From the NCBI GenBank assembly GCA_964016885.1, contig OZ024740.1, positions 10,788,001-10,852,000 on the forward strand: a stretch of DNA of 64,000 nucleotides, written 5' to 3'. Shown one piece after another: positions 15,516 through 29,430 of the stretch. The notes beneath the pieces were generated by a model. The model was given only the letters and a program-made list of their open reading frames with translations, was not told the origin of the DNA and did not search any database. This DNA comes from Eledone cirrhosa (taxonomy: Eukaryota). The position numbers were made by a program, and so were the translations under genes. The first letter of the stretch is position 1. Every line of letters starts with the position of its first letter.

Positions 15516-16361
15516 ATATTGTTATACTTGGGGAGGGTCATATTTGTGTAATATTGCCAGAATTAATAACAGAACACACTCACTGTTTGGTTGGTTTTCT
15601 CTTTTCGCTTCTGTGTCTTTTATATCGGTAATCAAATTTATGCGGTCCTCAATGTTGCCATTGACTGACCAACGGTCAAAAATAATACAGATACAATATA
15701 GACACAAACACATATATATAGTTTATCAAAGTTCTTTCGTTGCACATCTGCAACATCGCCAGTGGTGCTATAGATTCCTCCCGTTGCATTGTATTTCTAC
15801 GCCATCTTTATTTAGTCTGTTTATATATTTATTTATTTATTTGTTTATTTTATTTTGTCTTCTTTGCGTTTGCGTGTGTGTATAGCGTTTTGTTTGATGT
15901 GTGTTCGCGATTGGCTGACTGTGTATTGGTTAATGTATTCTATATTTACTAGTGTGTGTTTATATGTGTTTGTTGTTATTGTGCTTGTGTATGTATTTAT
16001 TTATTTATTTATCTATTTATTTATACTTCTCTTAGGTCAGTGTTGTTTGTTTGGGTGTTGTTATTCCATTCATTCTTTCTGTTTAGCCTTGGCCTTCTAA
16101 GTTCTATTTCACTGGCCTCTCTGATTTGCCTATCTGCTGGGTCATTTCTATGTTTAGATATTATTCTAATTTCTATGTTGTCTATATTACCGTCGTGTTG
16201 TTGTCTGGCATGTTCGTATAGTACTGACCCGTTTTTTTTCGTCCTTTTAGTTCCCCCCAGTGTTGGTCTATCCTTTCACCTATGCTACGAGCTGTTTCGC
16301 CTATGTATGTTGTTGTCATGTTTCTGCAAGTATCCTCTGTACATCTTATGCTATAGACTAC
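15516..16361 (-). mobile_element. Inverted partial copy of the Penelope-like 3' end
   Basis: Reverse complement of 12944-13771; mirror ORFs appear in the track. Confidence 0.9.
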
Positions 16362-16470
16362 ATTACTGGTACTTTATTTTATCGACCCCGTAAGGATGAA
16401 AGGTAAAGTTAACCTCGGCGGGATTTGAACTCAAATCATAAAGGGACGTAACTACACTGGAAAGCATATC
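16362..16470 (-). mobile_element. SINE fragment (same family as 58692-58876)
   Basis: Reverse complement of gagttcaaatcccgccgagg...cctttcatccttacggggtcgataaaataaagtaccagtaatg. Confidence 0.75.
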
Positions 16471-17859
16471 TGACCCTCTACCAATAGAAGAATAATGCCA
16501 GGATTGTGATGTTGACAATGTTTATTTTACAATAACAATATGACAGAATTTATCGCTACATTATTTGCTGGCTAACTACTTAGAGCTAGCGTGCATGCAT
16601 GTATCAATACAACGATACAATATAAGTGATTCGAGAGGAAGACGCAATAATAGATAAAGCGTACAAGTAAACATGAAACTTACTGTGTGTGTGTCTATTC
16701 TTAGAATACGTCATTCGTCTTAAGGACTGCTGCCTCAAGTCTGGCTGCCTGGCCGTATCTATGGCCGGGAAGGTGAGAGCCAGTAAAGCCAGGAGAGAGA
16801 AAGGGTAAAAGCTCTGCTGATGCCTACATCGTTATCTCTCACTGACTGCTGCTTCTGGTCTGTGTGCTGGATTCCATAAGTCCTTGTATTTATAATAAAT
16901 CTATAGTTAGAAGGATGTATATATGAGGTTGATTTATGATCAGCCATGTGGATATCGTCTCCCAGGAAGCTGGGATCACAGGTCAAGTGGTATGTACGTT
17001 TACCATCGTTGTCTTGACAGGACAATGGTGGGAACCTTCCAATAATGAGTGGTCCCAGAGGCGAGAAACCTCAGATTCGGTTTCGAATCTTCGCCGGTAA
17101 AACATAGGAGTATTCCGTTATAGGACCAATGACCTGACGTCACAATAACACGGGCCATCCCCCAATCAAAATCGCTCCTCTGTTTTATATTCTCTGTTTG
17201 TGTTCGCAAAAATCCTGTTCTCTTATATAACTAATTCTGCAATTAACGCCTGATGAAATCGCCTGAGTCTTCCATCATATTCGGATGATGAAGCTGGGCC
17301 ATTGAAATATGTATTGTGTTTTTGCCGAATTAAAATTATGAAGTTTCCAGTCCGGACTTCTGTTGAAGTTTTTAATGACTATTTCACTCCGTTTCTCTAC
17401 CAACCTTTAAATACCACATCTGCGATGGATGGTCTGCATAACGTCGAGTGCTTTAATTTATTACATCATCACTTACAAACCGGAATCACCAGTTCCCACT
17501 TATTGGTAAACAACGTAACATAAATGGTAGTGGTGAATGCATGTGTTAGTGTGTGTGTGTGTGTGTAATTCTTATATTAAGAATGTTTGTCCATTTTCTC
17601 TTCGTATGTGGTTACATGAGCACAACTGTTTCTTTTATTTCTAGATATGGTAGATCCGTGTTCAGCTAACTTTCCCACGATATCAAATCTCTTTTGTGAC
17701 AGGAAGAGTGTATATACATATAAGCATATATATGTGTCAGTATGTATCTGACCTCCTTTACACACACACACACACACACACACATTGAGCAAAAGCAATA
17801 ATAATATATATATATGATATATGTATATATATGATATATGTATATACGGATGGTGAAGA

Positions 17860-17939
<80 letters not shown>

Positions 17940-18683
17940 ATATATATATATATATATGTGTGTGTGTCCACTCACCACTCACAAAAACTTACTGAGCACG
18001 TGTAAATGTTCAACTGGTAACCACAGCAATTTCACTGCTGTTGACACTAAGGGAGATCTCAAAGAACTATTCTAACCCAGAGTAAACAGACGCACCAACA
18101 ACAAAATGGGGACACGCCTGGTGTTTATAGTAGGCATTGTTTTTCATTTGGGGATAGCTGTCTGTGTATCCATTAGTCTGGTAAGTCAATATTTGAAAGA
18201 ATGTTTTTTTTTTAATATTACCTATCATATGTAATATGAAATATATTTTATTCACTGTTGTATAAATAACATTACAAATATGTTTTTAATACACACAAGC
18301 AGGTAATACACACATCTAGGACCACAAATAACAAAAGACAAGCGAAAGGGGTGGACAAACCGCTGCTAGAACAAAAGATAACGATATCGTGAGAAGCATG
18401 AGAAAACCTCTAGAGGCAGGCCAGCTCGCTCGCAGCGTTACCTCGGTTGATGGCGAGGCTGATGCGCTGGAACAGCCAAGCGCCTTCACGAGCATCCCCA
18501 GTTACCTCGGTTAGGTAAGCTGCCAGTGAGCATAAGGGCATATGTAATTAAAAAGTGAATTGATAATCGTTTTTGCTTTTGCTTCCCCTCTTTTTTCTCT
18601 CTCTGATATGCGTTTACAGTAAAATAACATAAATATGTTTTAAATATATGCAAATGCTTAAGTAACATTATAAATTGTTCGTG

Positions 18684-19035
18684 ATTCTTTCAGAAGGATA
18701 TATTCCTTTAATGTTGCAATATTAAAGAAAATATAAAGGAAGGGTTGGACAATGGAACCACCACAAGAGCAATCGTCAGCAGCGTTGCGAGGAGTACTGG
18801 GCAACCTCTCTAATGAGTTTTGGGCCAAGCCAGCACACTCACAGTGTTGCCTTGGGTGATGGCCAAGCTGATGTACTGGAACAACCAAGCACCCTCACGA
18901 GATTCGTCTGATACCTCTATTAGGCGAGCCGCCAGTGAAGAGAGGAAACTCGCAGTTAACAGCCCGCTCCCAAACGTCTCGAAAGCCACAGGCTGGAAAA
19001 TGTAGCTGGCCGACAGATCACTGTATTTGAGGGTC
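18684..19035 (-). mobile_element. CRE-like element 3' end, inverted relative to 20050-22493
   Basis: Reverse complement of ~22170-22493 (FQPVAFETFG region and 3' UTR). Confidence 0.75.
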
Positions 19036-20049
19036 TTTCATCCTTACGGGGTCGATAAAATAAAATACCAGTAATACACTGGGATAATTGCTGGCCTTGT
19101 GCCAAAAGTAAAAACAATTATTTTATATTTTTTTTTTCTTCGCACAAATAATAAGCGATTGGCGTTATTTTAAAAACTTTGAAAGTAAAGTTGATATAAT
19201 TCAGACTAAGGGTCAAACCTGCAGTAATCGAATGAATTTCTCCACAATTTAGCTGTTCATATTATAGACCACCTTGCCCGTGTTCAAATATGGGACCACA
19301 GAAACATCACTATCACAACCCTGGTCCTTTTTCAGCGACACCACATGCTCAACGTATCGGCCAACAGCTTGTATTCATCGACCAGCACGTCACCCAACCA
19401 AAAAGAGAAGAAATCTGTCACTTTTGTCTACGACCTCTTAACTACACGGTCTCTTAATCAATTAACACTTTGCTTTCTCATCGCTTATGCTTAAGAAAAA
19501 AAAAGAAAAAAACCAAACAGCTTCATCAATTAATTTAAAATTTCTTTCCTCAATTCCAATCTCTTCTCTTCAATGTTTTAATACCTCACTGTCCTATTAT
19601 TGCACCTCTATAGAATTTACTATTTTAAATATTTACACACAACATCCATCTCAACATTTCACACTCATTTCCCCGTATTTGGTACACCTCATAATTCCTT
19701 TTTTTTTTTCTTTGCTTGTTCTCCTTGTTTTCTTTCTTATTTTCTCAGTCTCAATCTCCCTCTCCCCGATATTTTAATATCACCTCCTATCTTTGCTATG
19801 ATTTTACAATTTTTAAATTTACTGCGGTTTCACCCATCTGGAATATTACACTCACAGCCTTTGAATTTTTACTTTTGTTTTTTTCCTTCTCTTTGCATGT
19901 TCATTGCTCTTTCTCTTCCACTGTATTTACCTGCCTCTCACATGACCACACTCATCTCCACGCACTCATAATTTTCTCCCCCCCCCCCCTTCTCCACTGT
20001 CTATCCCTCTCTCTGCACACCCCTTACTTCGTCCTCACCCACAGCCCAC

Positions 20050-22493
20050 CCATGTCTTCCCTCGACCCGTTGGTGGCCCGATGTTTCGATCGACTTATCA
20101 CAGGTGGTTGCCGATTGATAAAGTTGCCACCACTTTAACCTAAATCACTCTAGGTGGCGGAGGCATGCGTCAAACGACCAAGAGACCTGCTAGGTGGAAC
20201 AACTATATTACAACAGGTCAGCCTTCGACCTCTCGTTCTCCACCAACTTCGGCACACACGAGAGGAGCTAACTTGTCTCCACCTACCCCCTCCTCTTCAC
20301 CGCAGTTTCCGAGCGAATTCAACCCTGCCAACTCACTCCCTCCACCGAATTCTAACGCTGGCCCTCTACTGCCGGCTGCTGCCAGCCCACCACCTAATTA
20401 CGCTCTCTGTGCCCGCACTAGCTGATACTTAAAGACAATTAAATGTCACCTGTTCCACGCAAGCTACCACAGAAGCTGTGTCGGCATCACCAAGGCTTCA
20501 ATCCGAAAGGCTTCAATACTGGACATGTAATCGGTGCCACTTCAGCTCCGACGTATTCCGTAGGGATGCCCCACACTTCGATGACCAACTCTCTACTGAG
20601 GACTTTGCCACAGCCCTCCAAGGTTTGTCCAAATCAAAGCTCGTCAACAGGATCCCTAAGGGAGCTCGGAATAGCTTTGGACATGCCCTCTCTAATTTAT
20701 AGAAAAACGTTTGCTCGTCTGACTGGCAGAAACTGTTTTTGTTTTCTCTCATGTCTCTTCACGTGCACAATGCGAATTCGGGTTCCCTCAGGTCCTCTTT
20801 CAAGCGGAAGTTCCAGCTGTTTGAGTCCACCTGAACCACGCCTCACCCAAGTTCGACATCAAGCGGTCAATGTCAAATTCAGCGTATTTGACATTAAAGC
20901 GACTGTCCATTTTCTCCCTTCTCAGTCCTCCCTCGCTCCATGTAACTCTGATTCTCTTGAGCGACTGAAAGAGAAACACCCATCGGCACCCCCAGATGAT
21001 CAGTTACACTGACCTGAACCACCAGAATACTCGAGACCGGTTTACTCCACTGATATCATCAGAAAGGCGATTTCTTCCCTCCCAGCTGGGTCAGGCAGGG
21101 GATTGACGGCGTTCGTCCTCAACACCTCAAGGATGGAATCTCCTTATCGGCTTATAACGCCGAACTCGAGCTCTTGGAGAGTCTGACTCAGTTTGTGAAT
21201 CAGTTCTCTTCAGTGATCGTTCTCCCCTATATCCGCCCACTGTTCTTCGGTGCGAAATTATTTGGTCTCACTAAACCCAACGGAGACCTGCGCCCCATTG
21301 CGGTTGGCTGCACCTTTCGTCGTCTCACTGCAAAGGCGTGTTTGCTATCAGTCTCTGACTCACTGGCGGAGGAATTTTCCCCCATTCAGCTAAGGGTGGG
21401 TACCAAGTTGAGATGTGAGGTTGCTCCCCACACTACAAGAGCCTTTACCAACTTGCCCTCCTGGTCTCCCAAGGTCAGCCTCAAACTTGACCTCAAGAAT
21501 GCCTTTAACTCCTTTCCAACATGGACTAGTTCCAACAGGGAGTTGGATGAAGCTCTCCAACAATGGAGTGAGTTGTGCTTGTCTCTTCCTGAGAAGGTGA
21601 AGGACAGTCGAAGTCAGAGAGCTTGGGACAGCATAAGTTCGAGGGCCAGCCTCGACTCCCTCTTCATCCATTTGGATCAGTTTGCAAGGTGCCGCTTGCT
21701 ATCTGCCAGCGCCAAATACTCAGGTGACTGGGTTGATGCCCTACCCATGGCTAATGTTGGTGGCATACTCAGCCTGGATGACCTTCGTGTCTCCATTGCC
21801 CTCAGAGTGGGAGCTGACCTCTATACGGGTCTGAGGTGTCGATGCGGCAGATTTCTCAACTCCACAGGCCTCCGCGGTCTTTCTTGCCGCCTAAATGCCG
21901 GTCGCTTCGTAGTCACACGGAGCTAAACCTCATTCTCAAGAGGGCTTTGGCCCGGGTGAACATCCCCTCAATCTTAGAATCATCTGGGGTGTCCAGAAGT
22001 GACGGAAAAAGACCTGACAGCCTTACCCTGTGCCCCTGGTCGAGAGGCAGGAGCCTTGTCTGGGACGTCCCTGTTAGTGACTCATTTGCTTCTTCCCACA
22101 TTCTGGCTGCTGCAGTTAGGACGAGAGCCACAGCTTCCGCAGCTGAACGGAGCAAAACCCTTAAATACTGTGATCTGCCGGCCAGCTACATTTTCCAGCC
22201 TGTGGCTTTCGAGACGTTTCGGTGAGTCGGGCTGCTGACTGCGGGTTTCCTCTCTTCACTAGTGGCTCGCCTAATGGAGGTAACTGGTGAATCTCGCGAA
22301 GGCGCTTGGTTGTTCCAGCACATCACCCGAGGCAACACTGTGAGTGTGCTGGCTTGCCTCAAAAATCATTAGAGAGGTTTCCCAGTACTCCTTGCTGCTG
22401 TCTTTTGCTCTGGTGGTGGCTCCGTTGTCCACCGCTTCCTTTATATTTTCTTTAATATTGCAACATTAAAGGAATATATCCTCCTGAAAGAAT
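20050..22493 (+). mobile_element. Decayed CRE-clade RLE non-LTR retrotransposon with internal RT deletion
   Basis: RT-like LRPIAVGCTFRRL and KLDLKNAFNS, zinc knuckle CRCG...LSC, endonuclease RPDSLTLCPW...LVWD and FQPVAFET; multiple frameshifts. Confidence 0.8.
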
Positions 22494-23224
22494 GTGTTTA
22501 TATTATGTTATTTATGTATTTATAATGTTTTTTTTATAGAATTGTGTGTAAAAGTCTCCATTGTATTAAAATCTGATTGTTAATTTATACTCAGTTCTGA
22601 TCATATTTACTATGATATTACAATTTTTTTCTATTATGTGTACAGTTGCCCCCCCCCCCCCCCCGCATTCCCGGGGGTTACGTTCTTAGAGCACCCGTGA
22701 AGAGTGAAAACCCGCAAATATTGGACGTGGTTCATAGAAATGCCTATAAACGTCAAAACATAACGTAAAATATAGGCCGGCAAATACGTTATTAATAATC
22801 TAGCGTTAAAATGCATGAAAAAATATATATTGCCACAAAAAAGCCATAAAAAATGGCGGAAGATATTTACGATTCCGCGAATATGCGGTAGTTTCCATGA
22901 ACAATTATTAGTTTGGGAGGCTGTTGCAGCGGGTGTCACTGGTCATCGTCCGGGAGAATGCTTTTGCCGTCTTGTCCGTGGGGCGCAGTACTCCTGCCCC
23001 CTTGCCCTAGGTCCAAAGCCCAATCACCCTCCCCTTCACCCCTCCCCTCTCTTGTACGACACCAGAGCTCTTACCATTCCCGCCCTTTCCCGTTCTTTTT
23101 CTTCTTTCTTTCTCTCTTTTTTTATATTGCCCTATTCTTTCTTTCTTTTTGTTTCCCCTTTTTTATTTTTTATTACTAAATAAGGTTTGTTTTTTGCTTT
23201 TGAATAAATTCAATTATTAGTTAT

Positions 23225-25484
23225 ATAACCGGACACTGGGTTGTATGTACAATATTTATTTACGAAGATTGAGCTCAGTAGAGCTGAATAGCTGACATGC
23301 CAAGAGAGATGAAACAATGAATTAAGGAATTCAGGAGGCACGGTCTACTGGCTGAAATGTTGCCAGGCCGTGGTTAAGTTGTTGTGTTACATGTTGGCTA
23401 GTGATTTCACGACGAAAGAAAGTTAGTTGTTTACCTTTTCACAGTCAGGAAGCGAGAGAGTATACCTTCGGCGGAACGCGCCTGGCCGAAGGCCAGCACC
23501 CAAAAGGTGAAAAGAGAGGGAGATAGCTTTCAGCTCTCTCCTTTATAGTTCCCTGGACGGAAATCACAAAGACGGTTCTGCAACCTCAACGGGAAGTAAC
23601 TCCAGCTACCTCCTGTCTAGAGAGTGCTACAAGACTATCAGACGAGAAGTCGAATGACCAAACGAAAATCATTGTAGCGAGAACATGAGGAGCAAACGGA
23701 AGGTACAAGAACATGAATGAATCAAACATGAGCAAGCAAATAGCAAAATGAGCATGCAAAAATTAATGATAGATATCAAGGTAGCCAACCGCTCTTGGCC
23801 AGAGAACGACTGGTCATCTATCTATCCATCACACAAAGATACAATGTAATCAACCTAAAAGAAGAGGTCAAAGGAGCAAAGAAACGTTCTCGAATATAGT
23901 TATTAAAAAAAGTTCAAATGTTCAAAAATAAAGTTAACAGGTATGTAAGCACATGACAGCAGGAAAGAGAGTGTGTCCCCAAGAGAATGTATGCAGTGGT
24001 TTCTGGACTATGGTACAACGTGAAATTCCCAACCTCCGAAGGCGGTGGGATTTTCTCACAGGAAGAGTGCTGCAAAAATAAATTCTCTGTGTTTTGTTCT
24101 GCTGGTTTTGGTTGTTGATAAAGCAAAGATGAAGCTGTGTTGTTGTTGTCTCGCGGAGTGTGATAGCCTATTCGATGTTGTTTCAATTCACAGTAAAAAG
24201 TTTCCCAGAAAAAATGAGTTGCGCAAAGTGCTAGAAATAACAGCCAAAGTTGATGGTCGATGTTGAGAACGCGTTAACCTGGATGGGTCAAGAGGCCAGC
24301 GACCATAGATATAAGCATTCTGAATAAATGCGCAGTTTTCAACGGCAAATTTACGTGGTAAATTTTTAAACCGGCAAATAGGAGAATATAGCTTAAGGCT
24401 GGAAAATCCTTGGCGAGAAACATTATCTATGGCGTGTGTTATCTCAGTGAGTCGAGATATGTGCTCCCACACACGTGCCGAAACAAGGTTAAAGTCAAGT
24501 TGAATAAAAAAAATATTTCTTTTGCGCGAGAAAATGACAGTGGAACAGGTCGTTGGCAGCCATTTTGAAAAATTTGTGTGTGAACGTGACAATATGATGA
24601 AAAAGAAGGAAAGGCTATATTCACTTTGTATAACAAATATGGCGAGAGTTCAATTTTTTGTGAAAGGGATGAAAAAGTAGCGAAAAAGGCTTAGTTGAAT
24701 GAGTAAGCGAGCTGTGATGTTCATCAAAATTGACATGTTGAATATAAGAATACAGGAGTCGAAGTCTTTTTTTGAGTATTCGTTGTGAGAAGAACGAAGG
24801 ATATATCCAGTGGGTGAAACACATTTAAACGATGTAAGCACGTGAGGTGAAGAGCAACATTTTTTCTTGTTTGTTTGCTGCTGAGAAAAAGATTACTTCT
24901 ATTTTTCGTTGTAGACAGGATTTGTCGGTAGCCATTCTGAAATGTCCTCGTGTTCGTTGTTCTAAAAATGTTATTTTCTTTCTTTTTTTTTTTTTTTGAA
25001 ATACTGCTAATTAATTTTCTTTTTTCCATATTCACACAACACCAGATCCTATTATTTTTTTCTCGGGGTCACCAATTATAACAGGACACTGGGTTGTATG
25101 TACAATATTTATTTACGAAGATTGAGCTGAGTAGAGCTGAATAGCTGACATGCCAAGAGAGATGAAACAATGAATTAAGGAATTCAGGAGGCACGGTCTA
25201 CTGGCTGAAATGTTGCCAGACCGTGGTTAAGTTGTTGTGTTACATGTTGGCTAGTGATTTCACGACGAAAGAAAGTTAGTTGTTTTCCTTTTTACAGTCA
25301 GGAAGCGAGAGAGTATACCTTCGGCGGAACGCGCCTGGCCGAAGGCCAGCAGCCAAAAGGTGAAAAGAGAAGGAGATAGCTTTCAGCTCTCTCTCTTATA
25401 GTTCCCTGGACGGAAGTCACAAAGAAGGTTCTGAAACCTCAACGGGAAGTAACTCCAGCTACCTCCTGTCTAGAGAGCGCTACA
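23225..25484 (-). mobile_element. Non-autonomous LTR element (~405-bp LTRs, PBS, TSD)
   Basis: Direct repeats 23225-23630 and 25078-25484; minus-strand TGGTGACCCCG follows the upstream LTR; GTTA(T) flanks both ends; no pol. Confidence 0.8.
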
Positions 25485-25519
25485 GTTATATTGATAACTA
25501 ATAATTGAATTTATGGCTG

Positions 25520-25900
25520 GATTATAAAGAAGTGATGCGAAAAGATCAGATGGCCTTACCCTTTGTCCCTGGGTAAAAGGTAGATGTCTCATCTGGGACA
25601 ATACAGTTAGTGACTCTTTTGCTCCCTCCCACATCATGGATATCGCAGTAAATGTGGGGACACTGCTTCCGTTGCCGAACAAAATTCGGAAATACCTGGA
25701 TTTATCTAATAATAATTTTTTCCAGCTTATGGCATTCGAGACATTTGGTGGAGTTGGGCCGCTGACAGCGAAGTTCTTGTCATCGTTGGCGGCTCGCCTT
25801 ACTGAGGTGTCGGGTGATGCCCGTGAGGGTGCCTGGTTGTTTCAGCACCTTAGCCTCGCCATCACCCGAGGTAATGTTGCGTGTTGGCTTACCTCAAAGT
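25520..25900 (+). mobile_element. CRE-like RLE 3' fragment
   Basis: DGLTLCPW...LIWD, FQLMAFETFGG and WLFQHLSLAITRGN. Confidence 0.75.
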
Positions 25901-26598
25901 GTTCCGTTGACCCTAATGATGTGATGTGCGGCCGATCGTCTAACATGGTGGTGAACTGATGGTAGTTTTGTTTAATCTTATATATTTGTTAAGTATTGTG
26001 TATATTATTTGTATCTATTTTAAGTATACAAAAAGTTTTATTACAGTTGTATAAATTTACCGTAGAATAATGTTTGAAATGTGTTTTAAATAACATAACA
26101 TAACAAATGCATAAATAACACCCAAAATTGCTCACAACTCGTTCAAAAGGACAAATATGTCTAAACCGTGTATAATAACACAATAATATAAATTCATTAA
26201 CAAAAATGATAAAGGAAAGAAAAAAAGGGGGTGGGTGGGGGGCTGCAATTCACCACCACGTGTGACAATCTGCAATACCTCTATTTATTGTGATAGTCTT
26301 TTTTCTTGTCTTAACCTTTCTTAACGATCAGGAAGTTACGATCATCTTTCTTGTCTTAACTTTTCTGTTTCCCGTCTCATAGTCTGAATTAGGTCAATAA
26401 TAACATGACACTATCCTCTAAAAGCTAAATTAATATACACCATAGAATAATTTCAAATAGTATCAATTTTTTCAGTGTTCTGCAAAATCAAAGACTGGTG
26501 TAAAATGACTTTATAAAAGCCAACGCAATATTGTTAAACATTCAACTGCTACTTTGATCTATAGTTTAAGCCGATTCTAGGCATTTGTGGAACCCCTC

Positions 26599-26682
<84 letters not shown>

Positions 26683-26699
26683 TCTAACAATGTCCACAT

Positions 26700-27990
26700 C
26701 CTCGGGTCACCGATCCACCCGCCGGCCATCCGCTCCACCATCAGGTCCAGGCTTCAACAACTCCAGACACTCACGAGCCGACTGGACTTGATTGACGGCC
26801 ACCCAGCTCTCTTTCTGCTGAGGAACTGCTTCGCCATGCCGAAGCTCCTCTATACCCTTCGCAGCGCTCCGTGTTACACCCACACATCTCTCCTCGCTGA
26901 CCTCGATACTTGTATCCGAGCAGCAGCCGAGGAGGTTTGCAACGTCAAGTTTGACGACATTGGATGGCAACAGGCCACTTTACCTGCCAGGTATGGCGGC
27001 CTTGGCCTCCAGTCCCCGATCTCACTAGCGTTGCCGGCGTATATTTCGTCGGTAACCTCATGCCGCGTCCTCGTCAGCAGGGTTCTTCAAAACACAACAG
27101 AACCCTCTGTGTTCAGAGAACGTGAGGCCGCCTGTGAGACGTGGGACCGGCTGGGACTTAGCCCAGTAGACGTCCCTCCTCCTTCTCCCCCTGTTGACGT
27201 CAAGTCCCCCCAACGCACTTGGGATGCCATCCAGTGCAACCTGGCCTCAGACAGGCTCACGCGCCAGCTCGACCAGCACCGCCTTGCTTGTTTTCGTGCG
27301 GCCTCCAAACCCTACAGTGGTGCCTGGCTCTATGCCCTGCCCTCCTTCTCCACTGGCACGCATCTAGACAACCATAGCCTGCGCATCGGCGTTTCCCTGA
27401 GGCTCGGCCTCCGAATCTGCCAGCTATACCAATGTCGCTGCGGATCCACCGTGGACTCTTTCGGCCTCCACCCGCTTTCCTGTCGCCACAGTGCCGGCCG
27501 CATTCCACGCCATGCTGCCCTCAACGAGGTCATTAAGCATGGCTTGGACGCTGCAGGCTTCCCTTCCTTCCCAGCTCAAGCCGGTGGGGGCTGGATCGAG
27601 GGGATGGCAAAAGGCCAGATGGCATGACCATCTTCCCGTTCTGCGGTGGAAAACCCCTCGTCTGCGATGCCACTTGCACCGAGACTTTCTGCAGCCGCAA
27701 CCTGGTGCAGTCTGCGACTGACCCCCCAAGTTCTACCGCACGTCGGGCTGAGGAGGCCAAACTACTCAAATACCGGTCGCACTCCGACAGGTTTGCGGTC
27801 GTACCCCTGACATTAGAGACTTCTGGTGTCCTCGGCCCCAGAGCTACCCCCTTATTCACCACCATAGGTGCTGAGCTGGTCAGCCGCAGATGTGAGCCCC
27901 GTGAGTTGGAGTGGCTTTTCCAGCGCGTCTCCCTTGCCGTCCACCGGGAAACGCCTTCTCCATTCTGTCCGCCGGGGCTGTGGGTGGGCC
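26700..27990 (+). mobile_element. CRE-like RLE non-LTR retrotransposon, 5'-truncated
   Basis: QATLPARYGGLGL, CRCG..D..GLH..SC, RPDGMT..P...GKPLVCD and WLFQRVSLAV. Confidence 0.8.
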
Positions 27991-29153
27991 CCATCGCGTA
28001 TTATTTTTGTAAATATGACAACAGTTTATGACTCAAAAAAATATAGCTTTCAATTCAACAGTTTAATTGTATTTCTCTCTATATAATGGCCTATCTCTTT
28101 CTCTTTCTCTCTATATAATGGCCTATCTCTTTCTCTTTCTCTCTCTCACTTTGTGTCTCTCTCTTTAGATGTGTGTATGTGTGTGTGTTCGTTATGTCAG
28201 TCGTCACAGAAATATATGTATACTCACACATATATATGTATGTATGTGTAGATGTGTGTGTGTGTTTAATTCTCTGTGTATCAGATTAAATATTTACGTG
28301 AAGATAATGGGAATGTAACTTACTAAGGCCTAACATGCGTAACGAATGTGCAAACACATACACACTCATATACAAAATGTGACATCGTCGTCGTAGTAGT
28401 ATCATAAAATTTCCGTAGATTATTTTAGATAAAATCTTATATTGTTTAAATCCAAAAGAAAATAAAAATCACCCGGGATCTGATAAAATTTGATTTGATT
28501 TGGTCGAGCCGTTTGAGATTGCATAAGGAAAAGACAGACAGACAGAGACAACGAATTGTATATATATAGAGATGTATCATTTGATATTCAATATACTATT
28601 ATACCATCTCTACCCCCTACCACCGCCACTAGGCCCCAGCGCCCCACTGGACCTTCTCAATCCCCCCCGGGGCGGTAGAACCCACTTAGGGAACCTCTGA
28701 CTTAAATGTGATTTAACTAAAAAGTTAATTTCCTACATTTAGCTTAAAATATATATTGGGGCAATGAAATCATTATATTTATATTTCTCCCCAAACTACC
28801 AAAACACACATCTATTTGTATATGCGCTACAATTTATGTACATGTTATGTTTATTGCATATCATAGTTTTTTATATCTTGGTTGATATTTGATAATAACA
28901 GCTAAACTAATTAATACATCTAAATTGATCAAATTTGCACCACTACCCCAATTCAGAAAAGCTTCCGTCGCACCTGATAAAAACGTACCTTTAAAGGGTT
29001 ATACAATATACACGTAAAATTCCGTTATAAAAAATACCATTATAACGAATTTTTCATCAGTATAACAAAATCTTTTCAAAATTTTTCGTTACAACGAATT
29101 TTTTTTATGCCCATTATAAGGGAATTTCACTGTATACATTTTTTTTTTCTTAG

Positions 29154-29311
29154 AAAGCAAGGCTGGAATCTATCCATGTAATCAGTGACATTAAATATCG
29201 ATTTGCTACCACTCTAGTATCGATGAAATATTATAATCCGTACAATAAAGCTGTCCCTGCTGACTTACATGTAAACATGCCAAAAAATTCATTCATATCG
29301 AATTTTTCTAT
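29154..29311 (+). CDS. ITIH: ITIH-like exon (VIT N-part) [52 protein letters not shown]
   Basis: Poly-T cttAG acceptor, GTAAGT donor, phase 0 to 2; matches the VIT pattern RFA.T.V...N...LP..AFI.NF.M. Confidence 0.85.
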
Positions 29312-29361
29312 GTAAGTATACTTCGTTTTCCTACACTTACCATTCTAATAATCTACTCTAC

Positions 29362-29430
<69 letters not shown>

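Noticed and set aside
16505-17143. Possible solo LTR (TGTGA...TCACA)
   Set aside because: No matching TSD or second copy in the window; not supportable.
26200-29150. Search for the ITIH start or signal-peptide exon
   Set aside because: No convincing ATG plus hydrophobic stretch with a phase-0 donor was found by eye.
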